Part shown: piece by piece, positions 9,195 through 19,028 of the stretch
Numbering within the stretch: position 1 is the stretch's first letter
Layout: every line of letters begins with the position of its first letter
Assembly (NCBI GenBank): GCA_964624065.1
Contig: CAZUWF010000002.1
Span: 68,261-132,260, forward strand
Direction: 5' to 3'
DNA: 64,000 bases
Source of the DNA: an uncultured Bacteroidales bacterium
Lineage (GTDB): Bacteria; Bacteroidota; Bacteroidia; Bacteroidales; UBA7960
The notes under the pieces: generated by a model
Seen by the model: only the letters and a program-made list of their open reading frames with translations
What the model was told of the DNA's origin: nothing
The model's database searches: none
Made by a program: the position numbers and the translations under genes

Positions 9195-9232
9195 AAATGG
9201 GCACTTGTTTCCTGGCAAGTGCCCATTTTTTT
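9195..9232 (+). terminator. Rho-independent terminator after rplY
   Basis: AAATGGGCACTTG - loop - CAAGTGCCCATTT followed by a T-run. Confidence 0.75.
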
Positions 9233-9273
9233 CACCGTTTTTTCCTATTTTTGATCCTGTAATTTTCTTGATT

Positions 9274-9858
9274 ATGAAATTTCTTGTAGTTGGATTGGGC
9301 AATTTTGGCCCCGAGTACCACGAAACGCGGCACAACATTGGCTTTATGACCGTTGACTTCTTGGCCCGGGAGCGCGAGGTGGCTTTCGAGGCTGTAAGGT
9401 TTGGCGAAAGGACTGAGTTTAAGTACAAAGGCCGAACGTTTATTTTACTCAAACCCTCCACATACATGAACCTAAGCGGACGGGCGGTGAAGTATTGGTT
9501 AGAAAAGGAAAAGATAGAGTTGGTCAACCTGCTTTCTGTAGTTGATGACATTGCACTGCCATTGGGTGTTCTGCGCCTACGTGCCAATGGGGGAGCAGGG
9601 GGGCACAATGGGCTTGAAAGCATTAATAATGTTCTTGAAACAGATCAGTACGCCAGGCTTCGGTTTGGCATTGGAAATGACTACCCCAAAGGGTTTCAGT
9701 CTCAATACGTCTTGGGCAGGTGGCAGGCAGACGAACGCGAAATAATTGATCCGAGAATTAAACTGGCCGCCGAGATGATTGTAAGTTTTGGTATGCAAGG
9801 GGTGGCCAAAACTATGAACCTGTATAATATAAAGAAGATTGACAAGCCAATAAGCTGA
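9274..9858 (+). CDS. pth: Peptidyl-tRNA hydrolase
   Basis: MKFLVVGLGNFGPEYHETRHNIGF...GGHNGL are canonical Pth motifs. The track start at 9178 overlaps the terminator, so I trimmed it to ATG 9274. Confidence 0.92.
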   Translation: MKFLVVGLGNFGPEYHETRHNIGFMTVDFLAREREVAFEAVRFGERTEFKYKGRTFILLKPSTYMNLSGRAVKYWLEKEKIELVNLLSVVDDIALPLGVLRLRANGGAGGHNGLESINNVLETDQYARLRFGIGNDYPKGFQSQYVLGRWQADEREIIDPRIKLAAEMIVSFGMQGVAKTMNLYNIKKIDKPIS

Positions 9859-10312
9859 TAGGTTATTGGTAGCCATTTGACTTCGACGTCATTTGTGTTT
9901 AACACGTTTTAGATGGTCATTTGTCTCTGCCGGCTTTGCGAGGTCTTAATTGGCGACTTTGGGGTGAAAATGGCCTGAGGCTTTTAACATAAAACTATGT
10001 GAACCATTGTGTTTTTTGTGTTAAAAAGGTTTCGGGTTGATGATTAGCCCCGTATGCCCCGACCTGGCCATCTCCACCGGCCTTTAGATTTTATTTGTCA
10101 ATTGTTCCTTTTAAATTATTCCTCAATCGAAATAGTTTCCGATCAGGTCTTTAGCCCAGGCGTGGCGGCCTTATGGTATAATAATCCCCTTAAACGAAAT
10201 CTTGATCCTTTATGCCCGACCATTACTGCAATTGGATTGTGGGCCAAGCCTCCAAAGACCTCAATCACAAGTAAAACTATCACGGCATTCGATCAAGAGT
10301 TTTGCAGAAAAG

Positions 10313-10350
10313 CAAAAAAGCCCCAAGAACTCCTTGATTTCCCGGGGCTT
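10313..10350 (-). terminator. Possible terminator after dnaK
   Basis: The reverse strand reads AAGCCCC - 19-nt loop - GGGGCTT followed by TTTT, 20 nt after the dnaK stop. The loop is long, so this is only moderately convincing. Confidence 0.45.
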
Positions 10351-10370
10351 TTCATTAAACAGCAGTTATA

Positions 10371-12275
10371 CTATTTCACCTCCTCGAAGTCAACATCAGT
10401 GACGTTGCCTTGGACTCCAGTATTGGCATCTTGATCTGGGCCTGGTTGTTCGGCACCTGATTGGCCTTGTTGTTGGCTTGCCTGATACATTTCGGTGCTT
10501 GCCGCCTGCCATGCTGTGTTCAGGGCTGCCATCGAGGCATCTATGGCAACGAAGTCTTTGTTTTTGTGCCCTTCCTTGAGGTCGGCCAAAGCTTTTTCAA
10601 TGGGTTCTTTCTTGTCGGCAGGAACCTTGTCGCCAAATTCTTTTAGTTGTTTTTCTGTTTGAAAAATCATGCTGTCGGCAGCGTTGAGTTTGTCAACCTC
10701 CTCTTTAAGCTTCCTATCCTTATCGGCATTTTCTTCGGCTTCTTTTTTCATCCTTTCTATTTCGGCATCCGAAAGTCCACTCGAGGCCTCTATTCTAATT
10801 TGTTGAGACTTACCACTTGCCTTGTCCTTGGCCGAAACGTTTAGAATTCCGTTTGCATCTATGTCAAATGTAACCTCAACCTGGGGGATGCCGCGTGGTG
10901 CGGGAGGTATGCCATCTAGGTGAAAGCGCCCGATTGTTCGGTTGCCAATTGCCATTGGCCTCTCGCCCTGCAAGACGTGAATTTCAACGGATGTTTGGTT
11001 GTCGGTGGCCGTGCTGAAGGTTTCGGTTTTCTTGGAGGGGATGGTTGTGTTGGCCTCAATAAGTTTGGTCATTACACCGCCAAGAGTTTCAATACCAAGA
11101 GAAAGAGGAGTAACGTCGAGCAATAGAACATCTTTTATCTCGCCAGTAAGAACTGCTCCCTGTATTGCGGCACCAATTGCCACAACCTCGTCGGGGTTTA
11201 CACCCTTACTCGGTTTCTTGCCAAAAAACTTCTCAACAACCTCCTGGATCTTTGGCACCCTTGTTGAACCGCCAACCAGGATTACCTCGTCAATGTCGCT
11301 GGCACTGTATCCGGCATCTTTCAAGGCTTTTCTGCAGGGCTCTAGGGTAGCCTGCACGTGTTTGTCGATCAGTTGCTCGAACTGGCTTCGAGAGAGTGTT
11401 CGAACCAAATGCTTAGGAATACCGTCAACTGGCATAATGTAGGGAAGGTTAATCTCTGTAGAGCTGGAGCTCGAAAGTTCAATTTTTGCCTTCTCTGCTG
11501 CTTCCTTCAGTCTTTGCAAAGCCATTGGGTCTTTGCGGAGGTCAATTCCCTCGTCCTTCTTGAATTCATCTGCCAACCAGTCGATAATTGTGTTGTCAAA
11601 GTCGTCGCCCCCAAGGTGGGTATCACCATGGGTAGATTTAACCTCGAAAACGCCATCGCCAAGCTCGAGGATAGAAATGTCGAAGGTTCCGCCACCAAGG
11701 TCGTAAACCGCTATACGCATTTCTTGGTTTTTCTTGTCAAGGCCGTAGGCCAACGATGCGGCAGTTGGTTCATTGATAATGCGCCTTACTTTTAGTCCGG
11801 CAATTTCTCCGGCCTCCTTGGTAGCCTGTCGCTGCGAATCATTGAAGTAAGCGGGTACAGTGATTACAGCTTCGGTAACCTCTTGTCCGAGGTATTCCTC
11901 TGCTGTTTTTTTCATTTTTTGAAGCACGATGGCCGAAATTTCTTGGGGAGAGTAAAGGCGATCATCTATCTTGACACGCGGTGTATTATTGTCACCCTTC
12001 ACTATTTGATAGGTAGCGCGTTCCCTTTCGCCTGCCACGTTATCAAAACTCTCGCCCATTAATCTCTTGATTGATGAAATGGTGCGCGAAGGGTTGATTA
12101 TGGCCTGACGCTTTGCCGGGTCGCCAACTTTTCTTTCATTGTTGTCGGTAAATGCAACAATCGAGGGAGTGGTTCTCCTGCCTTCGCTATTGGGTATTAC
12201 AACGGGTTCGTTACCTTCCATCACGGCAACGCACGAATTTGTGGTTCCTAAGTCTATTCCAATTATTTTTCCCAT
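10371..12275 (-). CDS. dnaK: Molecular chaperone DnaK (Hsp70)
   Basis: 634 aa. [21 protein letters not shown] and [14 protein letters not shown] are Hsp70 signatures. Confidence 0.98.
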   Translation of the reverse strand: MGKIIGIDLGTTNSCVAVMEGNEPVVIPNSEGRRTTPSIVAFTDNNERKVGDPAKRQAIINPSRTISSIKRLMGESFDNVAGERERATYQIVKGDNNTPRVKIDDRLYSPQEISAIVLQKMKKTAEEYLGQEVTEAVITVPAYFNDSQRQATKEAGEIAGLKVRRIINEPTAASLAYGLDKKNQEMRIAVYDLGGGTFDISILELGDGVFEVKSTHGDTHLGGDDFDNTIIDWLADEFKKDEGIDLRKDPMALQRLKEAAEKAKIELSSSSSTEINLPYIMPVDGIPKHLVRTLSRSQFEQLIDKHVQATLEPCRKALKDAGYSASDIDEVILVGGSTRVPKIQEVVEKFFGKKPSKGVNPDEVVAIGAAIQGAVLTGEIKDVLLLDVTPLSLGIETLGGVMTKLIEANTTIPSKKTETFSTATDNQTSVEIHVLQGERPMAIGNRTIGRFHLDGIPPAPRGIPQVEVTFDIDANGILNVSAKDKASGKSQQIRIEASSGLSDAEIERMKKEAEENADKDRKLKEEVDKLNAADSMIFQTEKQLKEFGDKVPADKKEPIEKALADLKEGHKNKDFVAIDASMAALNTAWQAASTEMYQASQQQGQSGAEQPGPDQDANTGVQGNVTDVDFEEVK

Positions 12276-12321
12276 TTTTTAAAAAGTATTTCAGGTAAAT
12301 GTTTTTTATTGCCGAAGGTAC

Positions 12322-12337
12322 GGCAATCACCGTGCCA
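12322..12337 (-). promoter_or_regulatory. Candidate sigma54 (RpoN) -24/-12 promoter upstream of dnaK
   Basis: The reverse strand reads T-TGGCACG-GTGA-TTGC-C, with exact TGGCAC-N5-TTGC spacing. The -12 GC lies about 47 nt upstream of the dnaK ATG. No TAnnTTTG box is present in this 145-nt upstream region. Confidence 0.5.
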
Positions 12338-12392
12338 ATGGTGCGAAACTCAACAATTATGGCATTATTGGCAATGAAAAATATAAAGAGAC

Positions 12393-12408
12393 TGTCAGGT
12401 TTGTGACA
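12393..12408. promoter_or_regulatory. Palindrome TGTCA-N6-TGACA (fits TGT-N10-ACA), possible enhancer-binding-protein site
   Basis: A perfect inverted repeat 56-71 nt upstream of the candidate -24 element. Confidence 0.3.
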
Positions 12409-12420
12409 AAAAGGCAGAGG

Positions 12421-14937
12421 TTAGAACTTGGCCACCAATTCTAGGTTTATAAGGCGGCCGGTCAGGCGGTTTGGAACGGCGTAGTAGAAATTGTTGGTAT
12501 CCTTTATCCAGCTGTACGACATAGTGTTCGAAAAATCTACCACGTTGAATATTTCCAAGGTAACCCAAAGGTTTTTCAGACTTCTGAATAGGGCTGATTT
12601 GTGCTTTCGCGAACCTTCGCCTACTAATTGCTTTGAAAAGCCAACATCAATTCGTCTGTACATCTCCATACGCAAAGCATTGCGAAACTTGTCGTTGGTA
12701 GGCGGCCCGAATGGCAACCCAGTATTGTAAATAAAACCAACCTGAACCTTGAAGGATGGATTGTTGGGCAGGTAATCTTGGAAGAATAGGTTGAAGTTCA
12801 TCCTTTGGTCTGTGGGTCGAGGCACGTATCCCTGCGGAAGGTTGGATTGTAGGTTTAAATCCTTGAAGATCTCTTCGGTTCGCATAAGAGAAAGACTTGC
12901 CCACGAATCGGTTCCTGGCACGAATTCGCCCGATAGTCTTAGGTCGATTCCATATGCATACCCTTTGGTGGCATAGTCGGCCAGGTACCTTATTTTTACA
13001 TCTTGAATGTTGTATGGGATTAGGTGGCTCAGGTTTTTGTAATACAATTCGGAGGTAAGCCTAAAAGGCCTCTGCCATGCAATGAAGTTCAACTCTGACC
13101 CCAATACCAATTGAAATGATTCCTGAGCCCTTGCATTGGGGTTGAGTTGCCCTTGCAGGTTGCGCAATTCGCGGTAAAATGGCGGTTGGCTGTACCATCC
13201 TCCCGAAAGCCTGAAAGTCCATTGGGGTGTCTTGCTTGGTTTGAACAAAATTGTTGTTCTGGGACTCACCAACAACTGGTTGTTATAACTCCAGTGGTTG
13301 AACCTTAAACCCGCGGTAATGAATAAACGACCGATACAAGTTTGGAGCTCCGTTGTGTTTTGCAAGAACCCCGCCGCGCGCTCCGTTTGCAGGCTTATTC
13401 TTGCAAATAGCACGTCTTGCAAAACAATTTCACCGTTGGGTTGTAAGGGTATTACGTAACCTGCAGAGTCAACCTTGGTCCACTCTTCTAGCTTGTCAAT
13501 AATATCCTCCTTTTGGAACTTTGCCCCCCAACGTAGGGTGTTTTTCTTAATTTTTGCACTGCCTGCGTGCTCAAAATTCCAAACGATGGCATTCAACCTG
13601 TTTCGAGCGTGGTTCAAGAAGCCTCCTACCCCCAGCGGTTCTCCCACAGGCTGGTTGAAATCATCGCTTCCAAAATCGGTTTCAACACGTTGAAGCCAGT
13701 ACGCACCCCCTATATCAAAGGTTTCTGACTCGTCGGTTTGAAAAATGCTCGAAGTAAACCTGAGGTTGGTGCTTTGGTTTGGCGTGTAGTTTAATGACAA
13801 GGCCCCGAGAGCAGTACGGAACTTATCCACCTCCTGCCCGTAGAAAAATACCGTGAACTGCTTTACATCCTGAATGGTGCCAAATCGCGTTGTTCTTGTT
13901 TCTGGCTTGAAGTTGAAGCTACTGTGGTTGTAGTTTGCCAGCAGGCTAACCTTAAGTTTTTGACTGAAGGTGTGCTGAGCCAACGCCTGAACATCATAAA
14001 AAAACGGGTTGTACTCGCCCTTTGTTTGAAGAGTACCCAACAAATATTGATTTGACTTGTACCTCATCCCTGCAATAATTGAGGTTTTCTTGTTGGGCAA
14101 CAAAGCATCCAGGTGCAACGAACCCTCAAGGAGGCTTACCGAGAAGCCGCCGCCAAATCTTTCTGGCCTTCGGTATTGAATATCTAGCACCGATGATAGC
14201 TTGTCACCGTACCTAGCCTCGAAACCGCCCGTTGAGAATGTTATGGACTCGGTTAAATCGGGATTGAGAAAACTTAACCCTTCTTGCTGGCCTGCACTAA
14301 TCAAAAGTGGGCGATAAATTTCGATATCCTCAACATAAACAAGATTCTCGTCAAAGTTCCCGCCCCTAACCGAATATTGCGAGGAAAGTTCGGAGGAGGC
14401 GGATACTCCCGGAAGAAGCCTAATAAGACCTTCAACCCCACCGGTTGGACCTGGTAAAACTCCAACCAGCTTGGGATCAAGCCTAACCACGTCCGACGAC
14501 ATTGCTTGTTTTTCAACGATCTTGAAGTCGGGCAGGTCGGTCAATGTAGGCTCAAGTAAAAAATCAATTATTGTGACCTCACCGGGCACAACCGAAATTT
14601 CACGGTTAATGGTAACGTAGCCAAGATGCGAGACCCTTATATAAACCTTTCCTGGAGGAACCTCCACCCTATAAAAACCGTGATTGTTAGTTGTAGTGCC
14701 CGAGGCAGTGTTTGGAAGGTAAATGGTTGCAAATTCAAGTATAACACCATCTTTTGACTTTACCGTGCCCTCAATTACCGATCGTTGCGCATTAACCTGC
14801 GCAAGCCACAAAATCAGAAATTGAAGAAGAAAAAAGTAAACCCTTTTCACTAAAAAAGAATAGCTTTCAGCTTGACATTTATTTGTTTCAAATATTATAA
14901 CTGCATCCTTTTGCAAAAATTGCAAGAAACCAGGCAT
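12421..14937 (-). CDS. TonB-dependent outer-membrane receptor with N-terminal carboxypeptidase-regulatory-like domain
   Basis: CarboxypepD_reg-like segment (GTVKSKDGVILEFATIYL...), plug region, long beta-barrel and a terminal aromatic residue (..LELVAKF). The first ATG at 14937 overlaps the upstream stop (TAATG). The signal peptide only begins at GTG 14850 (VKRVYFFLLQFLILWLAQVNAQ), so the true start is uncertain between 14850 and 14937. Confidence 0.85.
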   Translation of the reverse strand: MPGFLQFLQKDAVIIFETNKCQAESYSFLVKRVYFFLLQFLILWLAQVNAQRSVIEGTVKSKDGVILEFATIYLPNTASGTTTNNHGFYRVEVPPGKVYIRVSHLGYVTINREISVVPGEVTIIDFLLEPTLTDLPDFKIVEKQAMSSDVVRLDPKLVGVLPGPTGGVEGLIRLLPGVSASSELSSQYSVRGGNFDENLVYVEDIEIYRPLLISAGQQEGLSFLNPDLTESITFSTGGFEARYGDKLSSVLDIQYRRPERFGGGFSVSLLEGSLHLDALLPNKKTSIIAGMRYKSNQYLLGTLQTKGEYNPFFYDVQALAQHTFSQKLKVSLLANYNHSSFNFKPETRTTRFGTIQDVKQFTVFFYGQEVDKFRTALGALSLNYTPNQSTNLRFTSSIFQTDESETFDIGGAYWLQRVETDFGSDDFNQPVGEPLGVGGFLNHARNRLNAIVWNFEHAGSAKIKKNTLRWGAKFQKEDIIDKLEEWTKVDSAGYVIPLQPNGEIVLQDVLFARISLQTERAAGFLQNTTELQTCIGRLFITAGLRFNHWSYNNQLLVSPRTTILFKPSKTPQWTFRLSGGWYSQPPFYRELRNLQGQLNPNARAQESFQLVLGSELNFIAWQRPFRLTSELYYKNLSHLIPYNIQDVKIRYLADYATKGYAYGIDLRLSGEFVPGTDSWASLSLMRTEEIFKDLNLQSNLPQGYVPRPTDQRMNFNLFFQDYLPNNPSFKVQVGFIYNTGLPFGPPTNDKFRNALRMEMYRRIDVGFSKQLVGEGSRKHKSALFRSLKNLWVTLEIFNVVDFSNTMSYSWIKDTNNFYYAVPNRLTGRLINLELVAKF

Positions 14938-15587
14938 TAATTTTTCTTGAACTTGCCTTCGCGCCAAGCCTTGAAAAACTGGGCCCAGGCAAACGGGTCA
15001 AAAATTCGCATTGGTGGAGCTTGGCCTGCGTAATAGAGCCTTCCGGCAAATTGGTTCATAGACTCTCTGTAGGTCATTGCTCCATCCATTGGCATACTGT
15101 AGGATCGGTCTCGGATATCGGCTCTTTGTAAATTTTTCATGGCCCTGTCATAATCATCTTCCGGCACCTCCACATTCATAAAAGCGTACTTGAATTGCTC
15201 GCGTGTTGGCCAAGGGTAAATTACGGTTTCGGGCAGGTTAATGGTGTCGGGGCTCATAACCTGGATAACTGAGTACCGAGCCATGCTGAGCGTGTCTGGA
15301 ACCACGAAGGTAACCTCTTTAAAGCCCACGGAGGAAAATCTAACCGTGTCGAGTTCGAATACTGCCAATGAAAAGAATCCGTAAAAGTCGGTTATGGTTC
15401 CACGATTTGTGTTCTTGATCCAAACCGAAGAAAATGGTACCGAGGCTAAACTATCTCCTGTCACCACCAAACCGGATAATTGAATAGCACGCCTGGGCTT
15501 AAGTTTAATTTGAGTTTGCCCCAGTACATAATATGTTGCGGTAAGCAAGGTAATCAAAACGTAAATGAATTTTGGCCGTATCTTCAT
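14937..15587 (-). CDS. Secreted carboxypeptidase-regulatory-like domain protein
   Basis: 216 aa with a signal peptide (MKIRPKFIYVLITLLTATYYVLGQ) and a CarboxypepD_reg-like beta-sandwich (LSGLVVTGDSLASVPFSSVWIKNTNRGTITDFYGFFSL). Confidence 0.7.
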   Translation of the reverse strand: MKIRPKFIYVLITLLTATYYVLGQTQIKLKPRRAIQLSGLVVTGDSLASVPFSSVWIKNTNRGTITDFYGFFSLAVFELDTVRFSSVGFKEVTFVVPDTLSMARYSVIQVMSPDTINLPETVIYPWPTREQFKYAFMNVEVPEDDYDRAMKNLQRADIRDRSYSMPMDGAMTYRESMNQFAGRLYYAGQAPPMRIFDPFAWAQFFKAWREGKFKKN

Positions 15588-15680
15588 CGGTAAGCTAATT
15601 TGCAGGGGTAAAATTAGTTATTGTGGCTCACAAACGGTCGTTGTTGCTCCTCAAGGGGTTTTGATTTAAGCATATTTAAC

Positions 15681-15713
15681 AAAAAAATGCCGTTGATGTT
15701 TTACCAACGGCAT
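15681..15713 (-). terminator. Rho-independent terminator after rpmB
   Basis: The reverse strand reads ATGCCGTTG - loop - CAACGGCAT followed by TTTTTTT. Confidence 0.7.
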
Positions 15714-15735
15714 TAATAGATTTAGAATATTCCGG

Positions 15736-15972
15736 TTAAAAAAGATGCCCGTTTTTGCGTGCCTCTTGAATAACATTAAAAATTCCTTTTTTGTTAATGG
15801 TCTTGATCGCCTTGGCCGAAACCTTCAAAGTAATCCAGCGATCCTCCTCCGGAACATAAAACTTCTTTTCCTGAATGTTGGGCTTGAACCACCGTCTGGT
15901 CTTGGCATTAGAGTGAGAAACGTTGTTTCCGGTAATCGGTTTCTTTCCGGTAATCTGGCAAATACGTGACAT
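15736..15972 (-). CDS. rpmB: 50S ribosomal protein L28
   Basis: [34 protein letters not shown] is a canonical L28 N-terminus. The track ORF is over-extended to 16122. Confidence 0.93.
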   Translation of the reverse strand: MSRICQITGKKPITGNNVSHSNAKTRRWFKPNIQEKKFYVPEEDRWITLKVSAKAIKTINKKGIFNVIQEARKNGHLF

Positions 15973-16137
15973 TACTGTAAAATTTATATGTGCTTCCTGT
16001 AAAGTTCTATTTTTCGGGGTGCAAAGTACGTCATTTTTTCTGACATGAACAAATCTTTCAGAAAATAAATTAGGTTGCCAATTTGCAGGTTGCAATTGAT
16101 AAATAAGGAGCACATTAACCAAGGCAGTTGGCAGGGT

Positions 16138-16761
16138 TTACTTTTGCCTGTATTCTTCCCTTGATATTTCTACCACCCGGGCAAAGCTTTCCAGCCTGCC
16201 AATTACACTGGATCCCCAGTTGCCAAATGCCTCGTATGCGCTCCCGGCCAATAATTGAGATTTTCCAAAGTTTGTTGCCACAGTTTTCGAGTCGGTAATT
16301 TCTTCGCCATTTTTATCCACTGCCTTGAAATACACAAAAAGGGTATCATCCACATAACCCCATTTGCTCATTATATCTTGATCAATGGTTAAGTCAAACC
16401 TAATGTTTAGGCGGCCTGCCGAGACATTGTTTACCACAACTTGATTGATGGTGTAAGGAGAGCCTTCGAGAGCCAAGAACGGAAGTGGCTTTGACAATGG
16501 GTTGCCGTCTAAGTATTCTTTGATCTTGTTTTTCTTTTCCTCTTCTAAAGTTTCTATCTCCTGTGAAAGTTTGAAAGCGCTGGCGAGGTCTTTGGCTTTG
16601 TCGAGAGCGACTTCCTTGGCTCGGATCTTTTCCGTAAAATTCTTTTCAATGGAAGGAAATTTTCCAAGAAACTCGTTATCCACCAAATTTGAGCCGCCAC
16701 AACTTGCAAGGCAAAAAATTACAAATGCCGTTGCAAAAATTTTAAGTAAATTTTTCTTCAT
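16138..16761 (-). CDS. Hypothetical lipoprotein
   Basis: MKKNLLKIFATAFVIFCLASCGGS has a lipobox. I recognise no other motif. Confidence 0.6.
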   Translation of the reverse strand: MKKNLLKIFATAFVIFCLASCGGSNLVDNEFLGKFPSIEKNFTEKIRAKEVALDKAKDLASAFKLSQEIETLEEEKKNKIKEYLDGNPLSKPLPFLALEGSPYTINQVVVNNVSAGRLNIRFDLTIDQDIMSKWGYVDDTLFVYFKAVDKNGEEITDSKTVATNFGKSQLLAGSAYEAFGNWGSSVIGRLESFARVVEISREEYRQK

Positions 16762-16919
16762 GGTAATTTGCATTAGGGGTGATAGTGATGAAACAATTGA
16801 ATTTCAGAAACAAATTTAACATTTTTTTGATGACTTGATTTTTTTTTTAAATCTTGCCTTTAACAGATTGAATATTCTGTCTTATCTGGGCAATTCTTGT
16901 TTTTCTGGCGTTCGTTTTT

Positions 16920-16927
16920 TAATTTTG
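16920..16927 (+). promoter_or_regulatory. Candidate -7 box (TAATTTTG) for the Kef-type antiporter
   Basis: Matches TAnnTTTG 28 nt upstream of ATG 16955. Confidence 0.4.
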
Positions 16928-16954
16928 ACAAATAACAATAAAACCTTCGAATTA

Positions 16955-18646
16955 ATGAACTGGCTTTCAGTTTTGGCAGAGAACCCCTTTTACGAAATGA
17001 CCTTTATTCTGGTATTTGCAGCGATCTTGGGTTCAATCGGGCAATTTCTCAAGCAACCACTCATTGTGGTTTTCATAGCCTTGGGAATATTGGTAGGTCC
17101 CTCGGTTCTTGATGTGGTAAAATCCAAAGAAAACATTGAGCTTCTCGCCCACGTGGGCATAGCGATCCTGCTTTTCATCGTGGGTCTTAAACTTGACCTT
17201 AGAATCATACGGTCGGTAGGAAAGGTTGCCTTGCTTACTGGTATGGGACAAGTATTGTTTACTTCGCTTATTGGCTACCTCATAGGCAGGCTTTTGGGAT
17301 TCGGGAGCCTTCATAGTTTCTACATTGCCTTGGCATTAACCTTCTCAAGTACGATTATCATAGTGAAGCTCTTGTCAGACAAAAAAGAGATTGACACCCT
17401 TCACGGCCAAATCGCGGTTGGTTTTTTAATTGTTCAGGATATTGTGGTGATAATTGCAATGATTGTACTTGCCACCTTGGAAAAGGGGGGTGGAGCCAGC
17501 CTTACCTCCGAGGTAATTACTATTGTGGCTTCGGGTGTGGGATTGCTTGCAATAACATTTTTAATGATGAGGTACGTGATTCCTTGGTTGAGCCATTTTG
17601 TTGCCAAATCGATGGAGTTACTATCATTGTTTGCAATAGCTTGGTGCGTGGCAATGACCTCGGCGAGCGAGCTGATCGGGTTTAGCGGCGAAGTAGGGGC
17701 CTTTTTGGCAGGGGTCAGCCTTGCCTCATCCGACTTCAAAGAGGCCATTAGCGTAAGGCTAGTTAGCTTGCGCGACTTCTTATTGCTCTTTTTCTTCGTT
17801 GGGTTGGGTTCCAACCTAAATTTATCGGATATTGGCGCTCAGGTGCCCCCTGCACTTGTGTTTTCCGTTTTCGTGCTAGTGGGCAATCCTCTCATAGTTC
17901 TTATAATTATGGGTTTGTTGGGTTATAGGAAACGCACTGCCATACTTGCGGGCTTCACCGTGGCCCAGATAAGCGAATTCTCCCTTATTTTTGCCGGAAT
18001 GGGCCTTGCTATTGGCCACATTACCGATAGTATTTTGGGATTGATTACCTTGGTGGGGCTAATCACAATAGGCTTGTCAACGTACCTTATATTATACTCG
18101 CACCAGATATATAATGTCATTTCGCCTGCATTGAATATTTTCCAGCGCAAGGATCCCATTATGGAATCGAGAATCGAATTTGCCGAAAAAACCGAGTTCG
18201 GGGTGGTAATATTTGGAGTGGGGCGATTTGGGGCGCGGGTCATCGATATGCTCGACCAGCATCCAGAACTAGATTTTGTCGGGGTTGACTTTGATCCAGA
18301 CGTTGTTAACCATTACCAGAAAAAAGGAAAGAGAATGATTTACGGCGACATTACCGATCCCGACATATTAGAACTTGTGCCATATCAAGGAGCTATTTGT
18401 GCAATTAGTACAGTGCCAGACAAGGAGGACTCGTTGCACCTGATCCGCACCCTCAGAAAAAACGGGTACAGGGGAAAAATATACCTCACGGCCCGCAATG
18501 AAGAATTGCAAGCAGAACTCAACAGTTGCGATCTATGCAACGACTTCGAAGTTTTGATGCCATATCAGATGGCAGCCACCAATTTCTACAACGATTTCTT
18601 GAAAAACCTGGAGGAGCAAAATGAGAGTTGCCACCATAGAAATTAG
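16955..18646 (+). CDS. CPA2-family cation:proton antiporter (Kef-type) with C-terminal TrkA-N/RCK domain
   Basis: About 12 hydrophobic helices followed by a Rossmann-like GVGRFGARV segment. The track start at 16835 is an alternative codon; the ATG is at 16955. Confidence 0.85.
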   Translation: MNWLSVLAENPFYEMTFILVFAAILGSIGQFLKQPLIVVFIALGILVGPSVLDVVKSKENIELLAHVGIAILLFIVGLKLDLRIIRSVGKVALLTGMGQVLFTSLIGYLIGRLLGFGSLHSFYIALALTFSSTIIIVKLLSDKKEIDTLHGQIAVGFLIVQDIVVIIAMIVLATLEKGGGASLTSEVITIVASGVGLLAITFLMMRYVIPWLSHFVAKSMELLSLFAIAWCVAMTSASELIGFSGEVGAFLAGVSLASSDFKEAISVRLVSLRDFLLLFFFVGLGSNLNLSDIGAQVPPALVFSVFVLVGNPLIVLIIMGLLGYRKRTAILAGFTVAQISEFSLIFAGMGLAIGHITDSILGLITLVGLITIGLSTYLILYSHQIYNVISPALNIFQRKDPIMESRIEFAEKTEFGVVIFGVGRFGARVIDMLDQHPELDFVGVDFDPDVVNHYQKKGKRMIYGDITDPDILELVPYQGAICAISTVPDKEDSLHLIRTLRKNGYRGKIYLTARNEELQAELNSCDLCNDFEVLMPYQMAATNFYNDFLKNLEEQNESCHHRN

Positions 18647-19028
18647 CCTTTGGTAGTATCTTGATGGGCAATCTTATGGTTATCAGGCTTCGACTAGAAG
18701 TTTTTTCGATGTTTAAAAAAAAATATTTCAACCGGGAAAAAAATTCAATAATGGAAATGAGTTCAAATCATTGCTTTATAAGTATTTAGGTAACACAATA
18801 CCATATAAATAGTTATGTTTAACAATTTTATAACAAAAATTTAACAACATTTTTTAAAAAAAATTTGGTGGAATGAATAATGTGTTATAATTTTACATCG
18901 CCAAATGCCACAAACCAAGGTTTTAAAGACCTTTTTTTTGAAACCTGGTTGTTATTTAGAAATAATTTAAATAACCGCAAGGCTTGAAATGTTTAAAACT
19001 TGTAACACTCAATTAAACACTGAATACT

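Noticed and set aside
18864-18960. tmRNA 3' end, because the minus strand reads ...TCCACCAAA.
   Set aside because: No GGTTCGAATCC-type T-arm or acceptor stem precedes it, and the surrounding sequence is AT-rich spacer. I likewise checked a GGGGCTAATCA string on the minus strand near 10050. The distance to pth is too short for a tmRNA and there is no tag reading frame or T-arm.
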